Counted from the first letter of the stretch, positions 29,860-39,941 are shown. The stretch: 64,000 nucleotides of DNA from Candidatus Hydrogenedentota bacterium (GCA_963745075.1 CAVUWV010000033.1:1-64000); one strand, 5' to 3'. The notes: a model not told the origin generated them from the letters alone. Made by a program: numbers and translations.

Positions 29860-31161
29860 CTACGACGTGATGTAGGTGTCGATGGCCTCGCGCAACGTCT
29901 TCAGGATCCATGCGCGCTTGGCGTCGTCGGTTTCCAGGAGCGTCATGCGGAACCCATCGTGATTGCACTGGAACCCTGTCAACGGCACCACGACGATCCC
30001 CGTCGATCCCATGAGGTAGTAAACGAACCGCTTGTCCGGCGCCACGTTCTTGACCAGCTCTTCGATTCGCGCTTTGATCTTTGGGTCGGCGATGGCAAGC
30101 GTCTGGTTCTGGTTCAATACCCCGTCTTTGAACATCACCGTGAAGTAGAAGGCGCCGCCGGGTTTATTCGTGATGACGGCGTCACACCCTTCAAAGGCAG
30201 CCATGGCTTCGTTGGCGCGCCCGTCGAACAGGGTTTCGCGTTTGGTCAAGTGGTCCAAATACCGCGCGTCGCCCATGACCAGCGGGATGGACATTTGCGG
30301 CATGGTGGTGGACGAGACTTCAAGCCGTTTGGCCGCCAGCAGGCTGTTCACATAGGTCGCGAAGTTTTCGTCCTTGTCCTTGTTCAACACTTCGAGCCAG
30401 CCGCAGCGGGAGCCGGGCCACGGATACTCCTTACTGATGCCGCGCATGGCGATGGCCGGCACGTCGCCGATCCATTCGCTCATGTGCAACCGCGGGCCGC
30501 CGTTGTACACGATGTGCACGTAGATCTCGTCCGTTACCATGAACAATTTGTGCTCGCGCGCGATCTGCGCGATCTCTTCCAGCAGCTCCCGGGGATACAC
30601 GGCGCCCGTCGGGTTGTCCGGAGACAGGATCAGAATCCCCGCGATGGAGTCGTTGTACTTGACCTTGTTGCGGATGTCGTCCACGTCCGGCAGCCAGCCA
30701 TTATGTGGGTCCAGGTTGTACGTGACGTGGTTGTACCCCGAGTGGGCTGCTTCCGCTGAGGAATGGGTGCTGTACGCGGGCGAAGGTCCCAGCACGCGCG
30801 CTTCCCGGCGCAGGAAGCCGTAGACCTTGCTGACCGCGTCCCCGAGACCATTGAAGAACAGGATGTCGTCGGCGGTAACGTGGACGCTGCCTTCGCGCGC
30901 GTTCACGTGGGACGCGAGAAACTCGCGGGTTTCCGGCACGCCCGCGGAATCGCAATAGCCCCAGGCGTCGTGGCGTTCCACGAGTTCGTGGACGATCTCG
31001 CGGATCCACGGCGCCACCTGTTCGCCCTTTTGAACCGGATCACCGATATTTTCCCAGGTAATTTCCTGGCCCATGGCGCGGATCTGTTTCGCCACCGCCA
31101 CGATTTCCCGGATCTCGTAGCTCAGACTCCCCGCGCCCATATGTACGATATTGCGTCTCAT
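29860..31161 (-). CDS. PLP-dependent aminotransferase class I/II (AlaA-like)
   Basis: NIGDP, PDNPTG, DEIY, GISKEYPWPGSRCGW, GAFY. Confidence 0.9.
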   Translation of the reverse strand: MRRNIVHMGAGSLSYEIREIVAVAKQIRAMGQEITWENIGDPVQKGEQVAPWIREIVHELVERHDAWGYCDSAGVPETREFLASHVNAREGSVHVTADDILFFNGLGDAVSKVYGFLRREARVLGPSPAYSTHSSAEAAHSGYNHVTYNLDPHNGWLPDVDDIRNKVKYNDSIAGILILSPDNPTGAVYPRELLEEIAQIAREHKLFMVTDEIYVHIVYNGGPRLHMSEWIGDVPAIAMRGISKEYPWPGSRCGWLEVLNKDKDENFATYVNSLLAAKRLEVSSTTMPQMSIPLVMGDARYLDHLTKRETLFDGRANEAMAAFEGCDAVITNKPGGAFYFTVMFKDGVLNQNQTLAIADPKIKARIEELVKNVAPDKRFVYYLMGSTGIVVVPLTGFQCNHDGFRMTLLETDDAKRAWILKTLREAIDTYITS

Positions 31162-31424
31162 GAATGCTCCAACCTGTCGATTACTGCCATGCCCGTTCGA
31201 TTCGGTGCGTTACACCCCTGATCCCCATTCGGCGGAAAACGGTTTCATTGCTGGGACAGAAAGTATGCGCACGGGCCGGACCCGGCAAGTGAATAGCCCG
31301 ATATGCTACGGGGATTCGGGGGAGAATTCAATGTCGGTGATGGAGGGAAGTAGTGCGGATTGGAGGTGGACTGGGGCGGGGGGAATAGGGAATCATTCGT
31401 TAAGTCGCGATCCTTCCCCCTGCC

Positions 31425-32456
31425 TCACGTCTCCCAGTCCGTGAACCGCCTTCTTGTCAGAAGGTACAAGAAGAACGGCGCGCCGATCAGCGACGTAATG
31501 ATCCCAATCGGCGTCTCCCCGGTCATGAATTTTCGGGCAACGATGTCGCAGGTGCAGAGGAAGGCGCCGCCGGCGACCATGCTGACCGGCATGAGTACGC
31601 GGTGGCGAGAGCCGGTGACGGTGCGGACGGCGTGGGGGACGATGAGTCCGACGAACCCGATGGGACCAACCTTGGACACGATGATGCCGGTCATGAGGGA
31701 GCACACGAGGAAGGTGGTCAGTTGCAGGCGGCGGACATTGACGCCGCGGCCGGCGGCCATCTCTTCGCCGAACCCGAGTTGGTCGAACTTGGGGGCTTGT
31801 GCGAGGAGCACGATGGAGCAGGGGACCACGCCGATGAGCAGCGTCACGACGGGCTCGAAACCGATCACGTCGACGCCACCCATGAGCCAGCGATCCATGT
31901 TGACCAATTGTTCGGGCCTTGCGAGGTAGCGCAGAAAGAGGATGCCGGAACCCGCAAGCAGCCCCAGCGTCACGCCAGCGAGCAGCAGGACGGACGGCGC
32001 CATGCGGGTTTTCCGCGTTGCCATTCCGTAAATCAGGAGCACGTCAAACGTGGCGAAGGTGAAGGCCGAGGCTTGCACGTGGGAGAACCCGGCGAATTCG
32101 AAGGTGGACAGGCTGGCCGTGCTGAAGATCGTCGCGGCGAAGGCCCCGAAGGCGCCAAAGCTGTCGATGCCGAGGGTATACGGTGTCGCCAGGGGGTTGC
32201 GCAGAAGGGCCTGAAACGAACACCCAGCCAGCGTGAGACCGCAGCCCACGATCAGCGCCACGAGCGTACGCGGCAGGCGCTGGTTCACCAGAATGCTGAG
32301 CGCGGGGGAGTCGTTTAGCGTCGCGCCCGCCCGCCATTCGGCGAGGATTCGGGCGACGCTCAGGTTCTCGGTGCCGATCAGAAGGCTCGCAAGTACCAGC
32401 AACACCGAGCCGACGGCAACTGCGACGGTGAGACCTGTGCGCGTTCGGCGAATCAT
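31425..32456 (-). CDS. Iron-chelate/cobalamin ABC permease (FecCD/BtuC family)
   Basis: RLPR, FQALLRNPLATPYTLG, GPIGFVGLIVPH, IGAPFF. Confidence 0.92.
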   Translation of the reverse strand: MIRRTRTGLTVAVAVGSVLLVLASLLIGTENLSVARILAEWRAGATLNDSPALSILVNQRLPRTLVALIVGCGLTLAGCSFQALLRNPLATPYTLGIDSFGAFGAFAATIFSTASLSTFEFAGFSHVQASAFTFATFDVLLIYGMATRKTRMAPSVLLLAGVTLGLLAGSGILFLRYLARPEQLVNMDRWLMGGVDVIGFEPVVTLLIGVVPCSIVLLAQAPKFDQLGFGEEMAAGRGVNVRRLQLTTFLVCSLMTGIIVSKVGPIGFVGLIVPHAVRTVTGSRHRVLMPVSMVAGGAFLCTCDIVARKFMTGETPIGIITSLIGAPFFLYLLTRRRFTDWET

Positions 32457-33256
32457 GTCCGGGTCTCCGCGGGTTCCTCAGCCGTGATAAGCGGTGCGCC
32501 GGTCAAGGGATGTTGGCACACGCGAATCGGCGCGTCGTAGGCTTGGGAAAGCAGCGCTTCCGTCAATACGTCCGCCGGTTCACCGGACGCGATGAGTTCC
32601 GTGGACGTGTGGGATAACAGAAACAGTTGATCGCAGAAGCGCGCGGCGAGGTTCAGATCGTGGGTCACCACGCCGATGCCGTATCCTTCCGATGCCAGTC
32701 GCCGCAGTAGTGCAAAGATTTCGATCTGATGGTGCACATCCAGCGCGGAGGTGGGTTCATCCAGCAACAGCAGGTCCGGCTCCTGCGCCAGCACGCTGGC
32801 CAACAAGACACGTTGCCGTTCGCCCCCGGACAGCGACATGAAATTACGGCTGTGCAGGTCAGACGTTCCGGTGTCGCGCAAGCACCGTTCCGCCACGGTC
32901 CGATCGTGCGGTTGCAGCGACCCCAGCGCACCAAGATGGGGGTAACGTCCCAGACAAACGACCTCGAACACGGTCAGTGAAAACACGGGGTTCACCAGTT
33001 GGGGCAGGAATCCCATAATGCGGGCACGCTGCCGGTTGGATACGGTGTTGAGGCGTTGGTTGTCGATGAATACGTTGCCCATGCGTGGTCGCAGCAATCC
33101 CCCCAGCACCCGGAGTAATGTGCTTTTCCCGGAACCGTTCGGACCGACGAGGCCCGTGATCGCCCCGCTCCGGACCGTTGCCGAAATGCCGGCGAAGACA
33201 TCCGTGCCCGGCTCGTAGGAGAACGTCACGTTTTCAGAATGAAGCACCCGCGTCAT
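32453..33256 (-). CDS. Iron-chelate/cobalamin ABC ATPase
   Basis: GPNGSGKS, LSGGERQRV, LDEPTSALD, HDLNLAA. Confidence 0.93.
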   Translation of the reverse strand: MTRVLHSENVTFSYEPGTDVFAGISATVRSGAITGLVGPNGSGKSTLLRVLGGLLRPRMGNVFIDNQRLNTVSNRQRARIMGFLPQLVNPVFSLTVFEVVCLGRYPHLGALGSLQPHDRTVAERCLRDTGTSDLHSRNFMSLSGGERQRVLLASVLAQEPDLLLLDEPTSALDVHHQIEIFALLRRLASEGYGIGVVTHDLNLAARFCDQLFLLSHTSTELIASGEPADVLTEALLSQAYDAPIRVCQHPLTGAPLITAEEPAETRT

Positions 33257-34149
33257 GGCGTGGGGGTTTCCGCATCTGGGTGCAGCCAGCGCGCCATCTG
33301 CACCGCAATGAGCGCGATCCGTGGCCCGGGCCGCAAGGCGTAGGAGTCTTCGAACATGTAGATTCTGTCGTGTTCCACGGCCGGTAGCGACGGCAGCGCG
33401 TTCCAGTCGTCACGATACCGTTGCAGTTCTTCCTTGGAGAGGTTTTCGCCGGCGTGAAACTCGATGATGATGTCCGGCGCGCGCAACACCACCGACTCTT
33501 TTGACGCCTCAAAGTAGTCTGTGGCTTGATCGCCAAAAATGTTTTCCCCGCCCGCAACGTCCAGCATTTCGGATAAGAACGACTTATTGCCGACGGTGAA
33601 CAGATTATTCAGATCGTGGCTGGACCGCGTGTTGATGAGCAACACCTTCGGCTGGGGAAGGCCGGCCACCGCGTTACGAACGGCGTCAAGTTCACCCTGG
33701 ATACGATTCCAAAGCGCGGCCGCCTTATCCGGACAGCCCAGAGCGTCGCCAATGCGTTCGATGCCCGACTGGATGGTCGCCAGATTGTCCATGTGGGCGT
33801 GCAGCACGGGAATGCCGTTCTGTTTTGCGAGATCCGCGACTTTCTCGTGCTGGCCCGGGAGAATGATCAGTCCCGGCGCCAGCATGGTGATCTTTTCCAA
33901 GTTTGGATCGATATATCCGCCCACGACCGGTAACGATTTCACCTCCGGCGGATAGTCGCTGTACGACGATACAGCGATGACCCGGTCCCCCTGACCCAGC
34001 GCAAATACCGTTTCCGTAATGTTCGGCGACATCGTAATGATGCCATGCCGCGCGTGTGACGTATCGTTGGTCTTGGGCGAACACCCCGCGCATGCCCACA
34101 GCATTCCGAGCATGACGCACAAGCCACTGCTCAGAATGCCACGGTGCAT
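33253..34149 (-). CDS. BtuF-like periplasmic binding lipoprotein
   Basis: Lipobox CAGC, SPNITETVFALG, DYPP, PNLEKI, RPGPR. Confidence 0.88.
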   Translation of the reverse strand: MHRGILSSGLCVMLGMLWACAGCSPKTNDTSHARHGIITMSPNITETVFALGQGDRVIAVSSYSDYPPEVKSLPVVGGYIDPNLEKITMLAPGLIILPGQHEKVADLAKQNGIPVLHAHMDNLATIQSGIERIGDALGCPDKAAALWNRIQGELDAVRNAVAGLPQPKVLLINTRSSHDLNNLFTVGNKSFLSEMLDVAGGENIFGDQATDYFEASKESVVLRAPDIIIEFHAGENLSKEELQRYRDDWNALPSLPAVEHDRIYMFEDSYALRPGPRIALIAVQMARWLHPDAETPTP

Positions 34150-34180
34150 ATCCGATAGTTCCTTAGGTTGGGTCTCCGCG

Positions 34181-35030
34181 TTAGCGAAGCTTTCCGATAC
34201 GCACCGCTACGTCGCTGGCGAACCGCCGGATCAGTTCCTGGGCGAAGTCAGCAGTATCTCGTTCCGTATCCTCGATTAGCGGCGTGAGATCCATGGCGAA
34301 GTTGATGCCCGTGGTCACATCCGTCGCGTGAGATGCGTGATACGTGGCGTGGGCGCGCCGTCGGCCCATCGTGGCGAGGTCGTAACGTTTGCCACCCGCG
34401 ATTTGCGAATCGAACACGCCCAGCAACGCGGCCTGCAAGTTTTCGTGGGTCGAGCAATCGAAGGCCACCTTGTCGGTGTCGACCATCCAATCCAAATCGC
34501 GCCAGACCTCGCAGCCATACAATGCCTTGGGGCGTTCGTCGGCGGGAAGACTCCGGACAGCCTCGATGACCTTCAGCGTGACGCCGACGTGGGTATCGTG
34601 CTTGTCCGTGAGGTTGTGCGTGTAGACCACCTCGGGTGTCGTGGCGCGCAGAATTTTGACGAAATCTTCGACCGGCCGTTTGTCGGATCCGTCCTTGACG
34701 GCCTTGCTCGGATAGTCGAGCATCACTTGTGCAGAGTATTCGCCCACGACCGCGGCTTTGAACTGCTCCTTGATGCGGACGGTGCGCATCTCCTCATCGG
34801 TGTAGTCCTTGTATACGTCATCTCGTGGCGAACCGCTTCCGTCGGTCACGACGACGCCGCAGTACCATTGGTCGTCCTGTTGAAAGCACTTGATGATGCC
34901 GTCGTACGCCATGATCTCGAGAATCATCCTGATGCGCTCCGATGGCGATATGGGTGGTCCGTGCGAGGGCTTCCTCGGCCGGCAAGTGATCGGGCACAAA
35001 AACCTGTGCGCCTTCGAGTGTAAACTTCAT
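34181..35030 (-). CDS. PIG-L family deacetylase; frameshift at ~34922
   Basis: Removing one T restores AHQDDLEIMA; R..EQ and HNLTDKHDTH motifs; GGAGAGG RBS. Confidence 0.85.
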
Positions 35031-35097
35031 TCTTCCTCTCCTATCCGCCGTCGTATGAAGCGGTTGCTGTTAAAAACAGGAGTTCATCCCTTCTAGC

Positions 35098-35262
35098 GAA
35101 ACATCCCCCTTGATCCCCCTTCAAAGGGGGAATTGTACTCAACCCCGTCGATTGGTGGTGGTTCCGCGCTACGCGTGAAACCTATGCCTTCGCTCGCCAA
35201 GAACACAACGCAAAGGGTTGTACGGAATTCCCCCGTTGAAGGGGGATCAAGGGGGATGTTTC
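35098..35262. mobile_element. Palindromic element, copy 4 (165 bp, core in opposite orientation)
   Basis: Same arms; minus-strand internal ACAACCCTTTGCGTTGTG. Confidence 0.85.
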
Positions 35263-35292
35263 TTACCGTTTTCATAGTCGAACGGTCCTTCC

Positions 35293-36717
35293 TCAATAGC
35301 GCGAAATTCTGTCTGGTGTCTGGCCGATCGCCGGCAAACTCGCGGCGGCGATGGACTGCCCGACGCGGCGGGCTTTTTCATCCGGCAATTGTACTTCGAT
35401 CCGTTTGGCCAGTTCCGGGAATTCCGCATTCAGCACCTCGTTGGCGCCGTTGACGATCAGGTCGCCGCCTTTGCCGGAAGTGCAGCGTCCTAGCACCAAC
35501 ACGTGCTTCAGTTCGTAGAAGTCGGCGTAATGTGCGATTCCGTAGCCCATATAGACGCCCATGCTGCGCCAGATGCTGGTCGCGCCTTCGTGCCCGGCTT
35601 CGAGCTTCTCCTGAACCGCTTTCAACTTTTCCGCGTCCGTCACGTCTGCTGGCAACTCGATACCGGCCTTCGGTGCCAACCGGAACACGCATTGCTGCGA
35701 AAAGTACAGCGCGCCGACCCCGGCATCGCCGGACCACTCATCCTTCGGTGCGTCCGGACTGTAGTCGATGGGCGCGAAGGCCAACTCATTCAACCAGCCC
35801 GTAATGTTACCGTCCATGGTAACGTACCCGCCGGCCTCGCTCGAACCGAGGGCGATCCCCAGAACGCCGTTATCTTCGAGCGACATCGATCCGGCCAGTG
35901 CCGTCACTTCGCCGTCATTGACGATCTCGAGCGGCACGCCCATTTCGTCGCGGATGCGCAGAAAGAGCGTGTGCACCTCTTCGAAGCGATCTTTGGGGAT
36001 GCCCCGGAACAACGACGCGATCATGGGGCGATTGTTGATGTACACGCCGGCGGAGCTGCCGCCGATGGCATCCACACGCTCCATCTTGGACGCGGCGGTC
36101 TTCAACGCTTTCATCACTTCGTTGTAGTGGTATGTCGGATCCGTCTGCTTGCGCGGTTCCCAGACCACTTCTTCGCTGAACACGGCTTTGCCCTCAACGA
36201 CCGCGGACACCTTTCGGTCCGACGCGCCCAGGTCGAACCCGATCCGGCAGCCGTCCAGGTGACGGCCCAAAGCCTGCGTCGTTTCGTTTTCGGGCGGCAC
36301 GTCGCCGGCGTCGCAGGGGACAACGGTAAACGTCTGTTCGTAGACGTCCTCGCCCATGAACGTATAGTCGAATTCGTGTTCACCGCCCGGCGCGTAGACC
36401 TTCGCGAGATGTTCGCCAATGCTGTGCGGACCCCCGACGTACACTTTCCAGCCGCCCCGTTGCCACAGCAGGAATTTCAAGAGCCGCTCCACGTAGAACA
36501 AGTTTGCGCCCGCGCGGCCGTGGCCTTCCGGGAACACCACCGTTTCGTAGCGCGACACCGAGCCGTCGGCCCGTTCCAGACCCAGCACCAGCGGGACCCC
36601 CGTCCCGGATGCTTCCACTTCGGCTCGAAACGCCTTGTTCGCCAGCACGGCAGGACGAAACCCCTCGTCCAGCGGCGGCACAAATCTGGGTTTGACGAGT
36701 TTGAATTCTTGAGACAT
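35293..36717 (-). CDS. ROK family sugar kinase-like protein with N-terminal extension
   Basis: GFDLGASDRK, GGSSAG, NDGEVTAL, GWLNELAF; no evident HTH. Confidence 0.8.
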   Translation of the reverse strand: MSQEFKLVKPRFVPPLDEGFRPAVLANKAFRAEVEASGTGVPLVLGLERADGSVSRYETVVFPEGHGRAGANLFYVERLLKFLLWQRGGWKVYVGGPHSIGEHLAKVYAPGGEHEFDYTFMGEDVYEQTFTVVPCDAGDVPPENETTQALGRHLDGCRIGFDLGASDRKVSAVVEGKAVFSEEVVWEPRKQTDPTYHYNEVMKALKTAASKMERVDAIGGSSAGVYINNRPMIASLFRGIPKDRFEEVHTLFLRIRDEMGVPLEIVNDGEVTALAGSMSLEDNGVLGIALGSSEAGGYVTMDGNITGWLNELAFAPIDYSPDAPKDEWSGDAGVGALYFSQQCVFRLAPKAGIELPADVTDAEKLKAVQEKLEAGHEGATSIWRSMGVYMGYGIAHYADFYELKHVLVLGRCTSGKGGDLIVNGANEVLNAEFPELAKRIEVQLPDEKARRVGQSIAAASLPAIGQTPDRISRY

Positions 36718-37107
36718 TGAAACGACCCCTTCCAAGGCAAAACGCCTGATACGTAGACGGTTTGCGAGATCATAGCATATGGACGAACGTTGCGGAAAAC
36801 GCGCGTTAGGCTGTGGGCCTGCGTCATGCAAATGGAATTTGCCGATTTCCCTCGCCTTTCCGGGGCCTTTATGTACACGAACCTCTACAATTGCAGGATT
36901 GAACCGAAAACAAGGGCTTTTCCATGTCCTTCGTCTGGCAATACGTGCGTGCGTCGTGGTAATCGGGCCTCTTTCAAGATGTGTTCTGGACCAAAGCCAG
37001 GAACCGAGGTTGCCCCACATGAATCCGTCAATTAGACCCCTTTCTATTCCTGAGACCGGAGGATTACATATGACGGATCGCACTGCGGAGCCCAGCTACG
37101 GATTCCT

Positions 37108-37159
37108 CCAGGGATTCACGCCAGGGAATCACGCCAGGGAATTGCCCAGGGAATTCGCG
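37108..37159. repeat. Tandem repeat 4 x CCAGGGA(A/T)T, 12-13 bp period
   Basis: ccagggattcacg ccagggaatcacg ccagggaattgc ccagggaattcgcg. Confidence 0.75.
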
Positions 37160-37229
37160 CCCGAGAACACGGCCCGGAGACTTCGCCCGACAATGATGCC
37201 CGACAACGGTGTCTCCTACCGTAAACCTG

Positions 37230-37556
37230 CGGCGGTGCCAAGCCGCCGAAGTGGCCCGAAGGGGTTTAATAACCACCCGGTTCAATCCCACACATACCGT
37301 TCGTCAAACGCGACGCCATGCCGTTGCAACAACTTCCGGTGTCGTGTGCGCGCCTCTTTCTCGATTTTCCGCTTCATTGCCGACGAACCAACAGATCCCC
37401 CGTGGATTCGGGATTCGCGAATGGCCTTATTCACCCCCTTCAGGGGATTCTTGGTGTGGGGCATACCGGAATCCCGGGTAGTCCCACCTTCGGCGTGACA
37501 ACCCGGGGCTATGAGTATGGAGGCCCTTCGGGCCACTTCGCGGCTTCGCGCCGCCG
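37230..37556 (-). mobile_element. Remnant of an IS200/IS605-like (Y1 HUH) tnpA element bounded by ~33 bp inverted repeats
   Basis: KLLQRHGVAFDERYVWD* ending at 37282; IRs CGGCGG..AAGCCGC(C)GAAGTGGCCCGAAGGG at 37230-37263 and 37524-37556. Confidence 0.65.
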
Positions 37557-37639
37557 AGCGTGCGAAGAGCGCACGCCGATGTTGCGGTAATAGGGCCTCT
37601 ACGTGTTCTGGCGAAAACCCACAAATCTGACGTGGGCTC

Positions 37640-39145
37640 TTAAGGTGTTGGAGTGCTTGTAGTTGCGGCGGGCGACATTCGTTCGAGCAAAAATCGAATC
37701 ACGACCAGTTTGTCCACCCACAACTGACGATCGGTCAAGTCTTTCCCCCGGGGAAACCAGTGTTCGATCGCAAAATGTCGGATGTCGAAGGGTTCGCCGC
37801 CGGGTAATTTCTTCATCTGCATTAACTCATTCACGGGAACGTGCAATTCATCGGCTCGTTGGCGCAGGGCCTGCTCCACATAGAACCGGTCGATGAATCC
37901 GCCGTATTGGAGCACGAAGAGGAAATTCCAGACGGCGAGCACGGACACGACGATCACCGGCCAGCGCATGCGCCACGGCGCGGCTGTGAGGATTTGGGCC
38001 ATGCCGACTGCAAACAACGGCGTGCAGTTCACCATGCGCCGCATGCCGAAACTCCACCCGGCGGCCGGCACGACCGAATTGATGTAGAGCTGCGCGACGA
38101 ACGCCGCCGCCAAGGCGATCCAGCACACCCGGTTCGACTTGGGCCACAGACACAAACCGGCCATGGCGACCGCGCAAAAGGGCGTCCACGTAATTAACCC
38201 GGAGGACCGCGAGAACAGCGTGCCCCTTACATCCGGGTGAAGCCAATCGACAAAACCTCCGCCTTGGGGGATGGTCAGAAACGTGCCAAAGACGATCTTC
38301 CACGCGATCATCTGCGGCGCAAACCCCACGATGGATGCTAGCCCGCAGACGGCCAACGGTGCGAATCCCCGCCACCGTAAGCGCCACAGCAGGTCGATTG
38401 CCGGGATCAAGGCAAAGGCCGCGTTCTGCCACCGCACGAGCGCCGCTACTCCCAACGCGAGTCCGACGACAATCCAGGCCCAAACGTTCGTGTGGAGCCG
38501 GAGCCGCGCCCAAAGCAGCAGAAACAACGCTACCGAAAAGAACGAACACGCATGGGCCATGGCGATCTGGGCGCAGGTATAATACAGCGCGGGAGAACAC
38601 GCCCAAGCCGCGAATGCGCCGATCGCGCTTTGCGGTTGGCTAAACCAGGTCCGAAGCAAGAGGTAGGTCAACACCAAGCCCAGGATCCCGTAGAACGTGT
38701 TCGCGAAGAACACCGCCGCGTGGTAGGGAGCGGTGAACCCGTCGGCACTGACTCCGCTTTCCAGCGCAATCCCATGAGCCACGCCGATGAACGGTGTCCA
38801 AAGCAGCCCCGGGCCGATCGAGAACAGATTGGGGAGGTGACCGGTTTCCGTGCGCGCGCCGTCGGGATTCATAAGGGAACCCTTCGTGTACGTCGCACCG
38901 GCGTTCAAGGTGCGGTATTCGTTCGCGAACTGGAGATCGTGGTCGAAGAGCAGGGAGTGGACCCACGCGTAGTAGCCCACGGGATCGGCGCCCGCGATAC
39001 GCTGCGTCACGGGCTTGTAAACCCCGAGGCCGATGAACGCACCCGCGTACAGCAGACCGGCTACCACCAATCCCGCCACGTACTTATCGAGCCATTTGCG
39101 CTTCTGCGGCGTCGCTGATTCTAGTGCCGCGTCAGCCGAGGACAT
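37640..39145 (-). CDS. GT-C fold membrane glycosyltransferase-like protein
   Basis: DPVGYY..HSLLFDHDL, VRWQN, GLITWTP, FGMRR; about 11 TMs; overlaps uppP stop. Confidence 0.7.
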   Translation of the reverse strand: MSSADAALESATPQKRKWLDKYVAGLVVAGLLYAGAFIGLGVYKPVTQRIAGADPVGYYAWVHSLLFDHDLQFANEYRTLNAGATYTKGSLMNPDGARTETGHLPNLFSIGPGLLWTPFIGVAHGIALESGVSADGFTAPYHAAVFFANTFYGILGLVLTYLLLRTWFSQPQSAIGAFAAWACSPALYYTCAQIAMAHACSFFSVALFLLLWARLRLHTNVWAWIVVGLALGVAALVRWQNAAFALIPAIDLLWRLRWRGFAPLAVCGLASIVGFAPQMIAWKIVFGTFLTIPQGGGFVDWLHPDVRGTLFSRSSGLITWTPFCAVAMAGLCLWPKSNRVCWIALAAAFVAQLYINSVVPAAGWSFGMRRMVNCTPLFAVGMAQILTAAPWRMRWPVIVVSVLAVWNFLFVLQYGGFIDRFYVEQALRQRADELHVPVNELMQMKKLPGGEPFDIRHFAIEHWFPRGKDLTDRQLWVDKLVVIRFLLERMSPAATTSTPTP

Positions 39146-39941
39146 AATAGGAAAGGATGACCAGAACCGCGAGTGCGATCCGGTAGTACCCGAAGGCCTT
39201 AAAATCGTGCTGCTGTATGTAGCGCATGAGAAACGCTATGGCTGCGTAGGCCGTCAGAAACGAAACCGTGCAACCGAGCCCGATCGCGACCCATTGCGCT
39301 CCGGTAAACGAGAGTCCACTCTTGGCCACCGTGAGCACCGTCGCCCCCAACATTGTCGGAATGGCGAGGAAGAAGGAAAACTCCGCCGCCGCCGCCCGAC
39401 TTGCGCCGAGGAGCATCGCGCCGATAATCGTGGCTGCCGACCGGGAGGTTCCGGGAAACATGGCGAGACACTGGAAGAAACCGATGGCGATCGCAGTCGG
39501 GAATTTAATGTCATGAACGCTGGCGAACCGCATGGGAAGATGTCGCCGCTCGATGAGAACGAGGATGATTCCGCCAATGAGCAAAGCGATTGCCACGGGA
39601 ATCTCGTGCGTAAGTTTTTCCTCGATGATGTCGTTGAACATCAGGCCGAGGACGACCGCCGGCACGACCGCGACGGCAATGTTGAACCAGAGCAGCACGA
39701 TGGCTTGACGATGGGCCGCGTCACCCGAAAACGGCCAGAGCATCTTCCAGAAATACACGACTACGGCCAGAATAGCCGGCAATTGAATGATCACCATGAA
39801 AGCAAAGCGAAACGACGACGCCGGATCGTTGCTCAGCGGGAGAAACGACTCGACAATGATCAGATGCCCGGTACTGCTGATGGGCAGGAATTCCGTCACG
39901 CCTTCGACGATGGATAGCAAGATGGCGTTGAGATACAGCAC
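39132..39941 (-). CDS. uppP: Undecaprenyl-diphosphatase
   Basis: VEGVTEFLPISSTGHL, PGTSRSAATI, AEFSFFLAIP. Confidence 0.95.
   Translation of the reverse strand: MLYLNAILLSIVEGVTEFLPISSTGHLIIVESFLPLSNDPASSFRFAFMVIIQLPAILAVVVYFWKMLWPFSGDAAHRQAIVLLWFNIAVAVVPAVVLGLMFNDIIEEKLTHEIPVAIALLIGGIILVLIERRHLPMRFASVHDIKFPTAIAIGFFQCLAMFPGTSRSAATIIGAMLLGASRAAAAEFSFFLAIPTMLGATVLTVAKSGLSFTGAQWVAIGLGCTVSFLTAYAAIAFLMRYIQQHDFKAFGYYRIALAVLVILSYYVLG

Noticed and set aside
1240..34930. Programmed ribosomal frameshifting or phase variation at the split genes
   Set aside because: No slippery heptamers or long homopolymer tracts; sequencing indels are more parsimonious
15644..35262. CRISPR array from the ~36 bp repeats
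   Set aside because: Copies are inverted pairs dispersed over 20 kb, not direct repeats with regular spacers; no cas genes
36718..37083. 122 aa N-terminal extension of the ROK ORF in the ORF track
   Set aside because: No family-like sequence; ATG 36717 has a GGAAGGGG RBS, so the extension is probably promoter region
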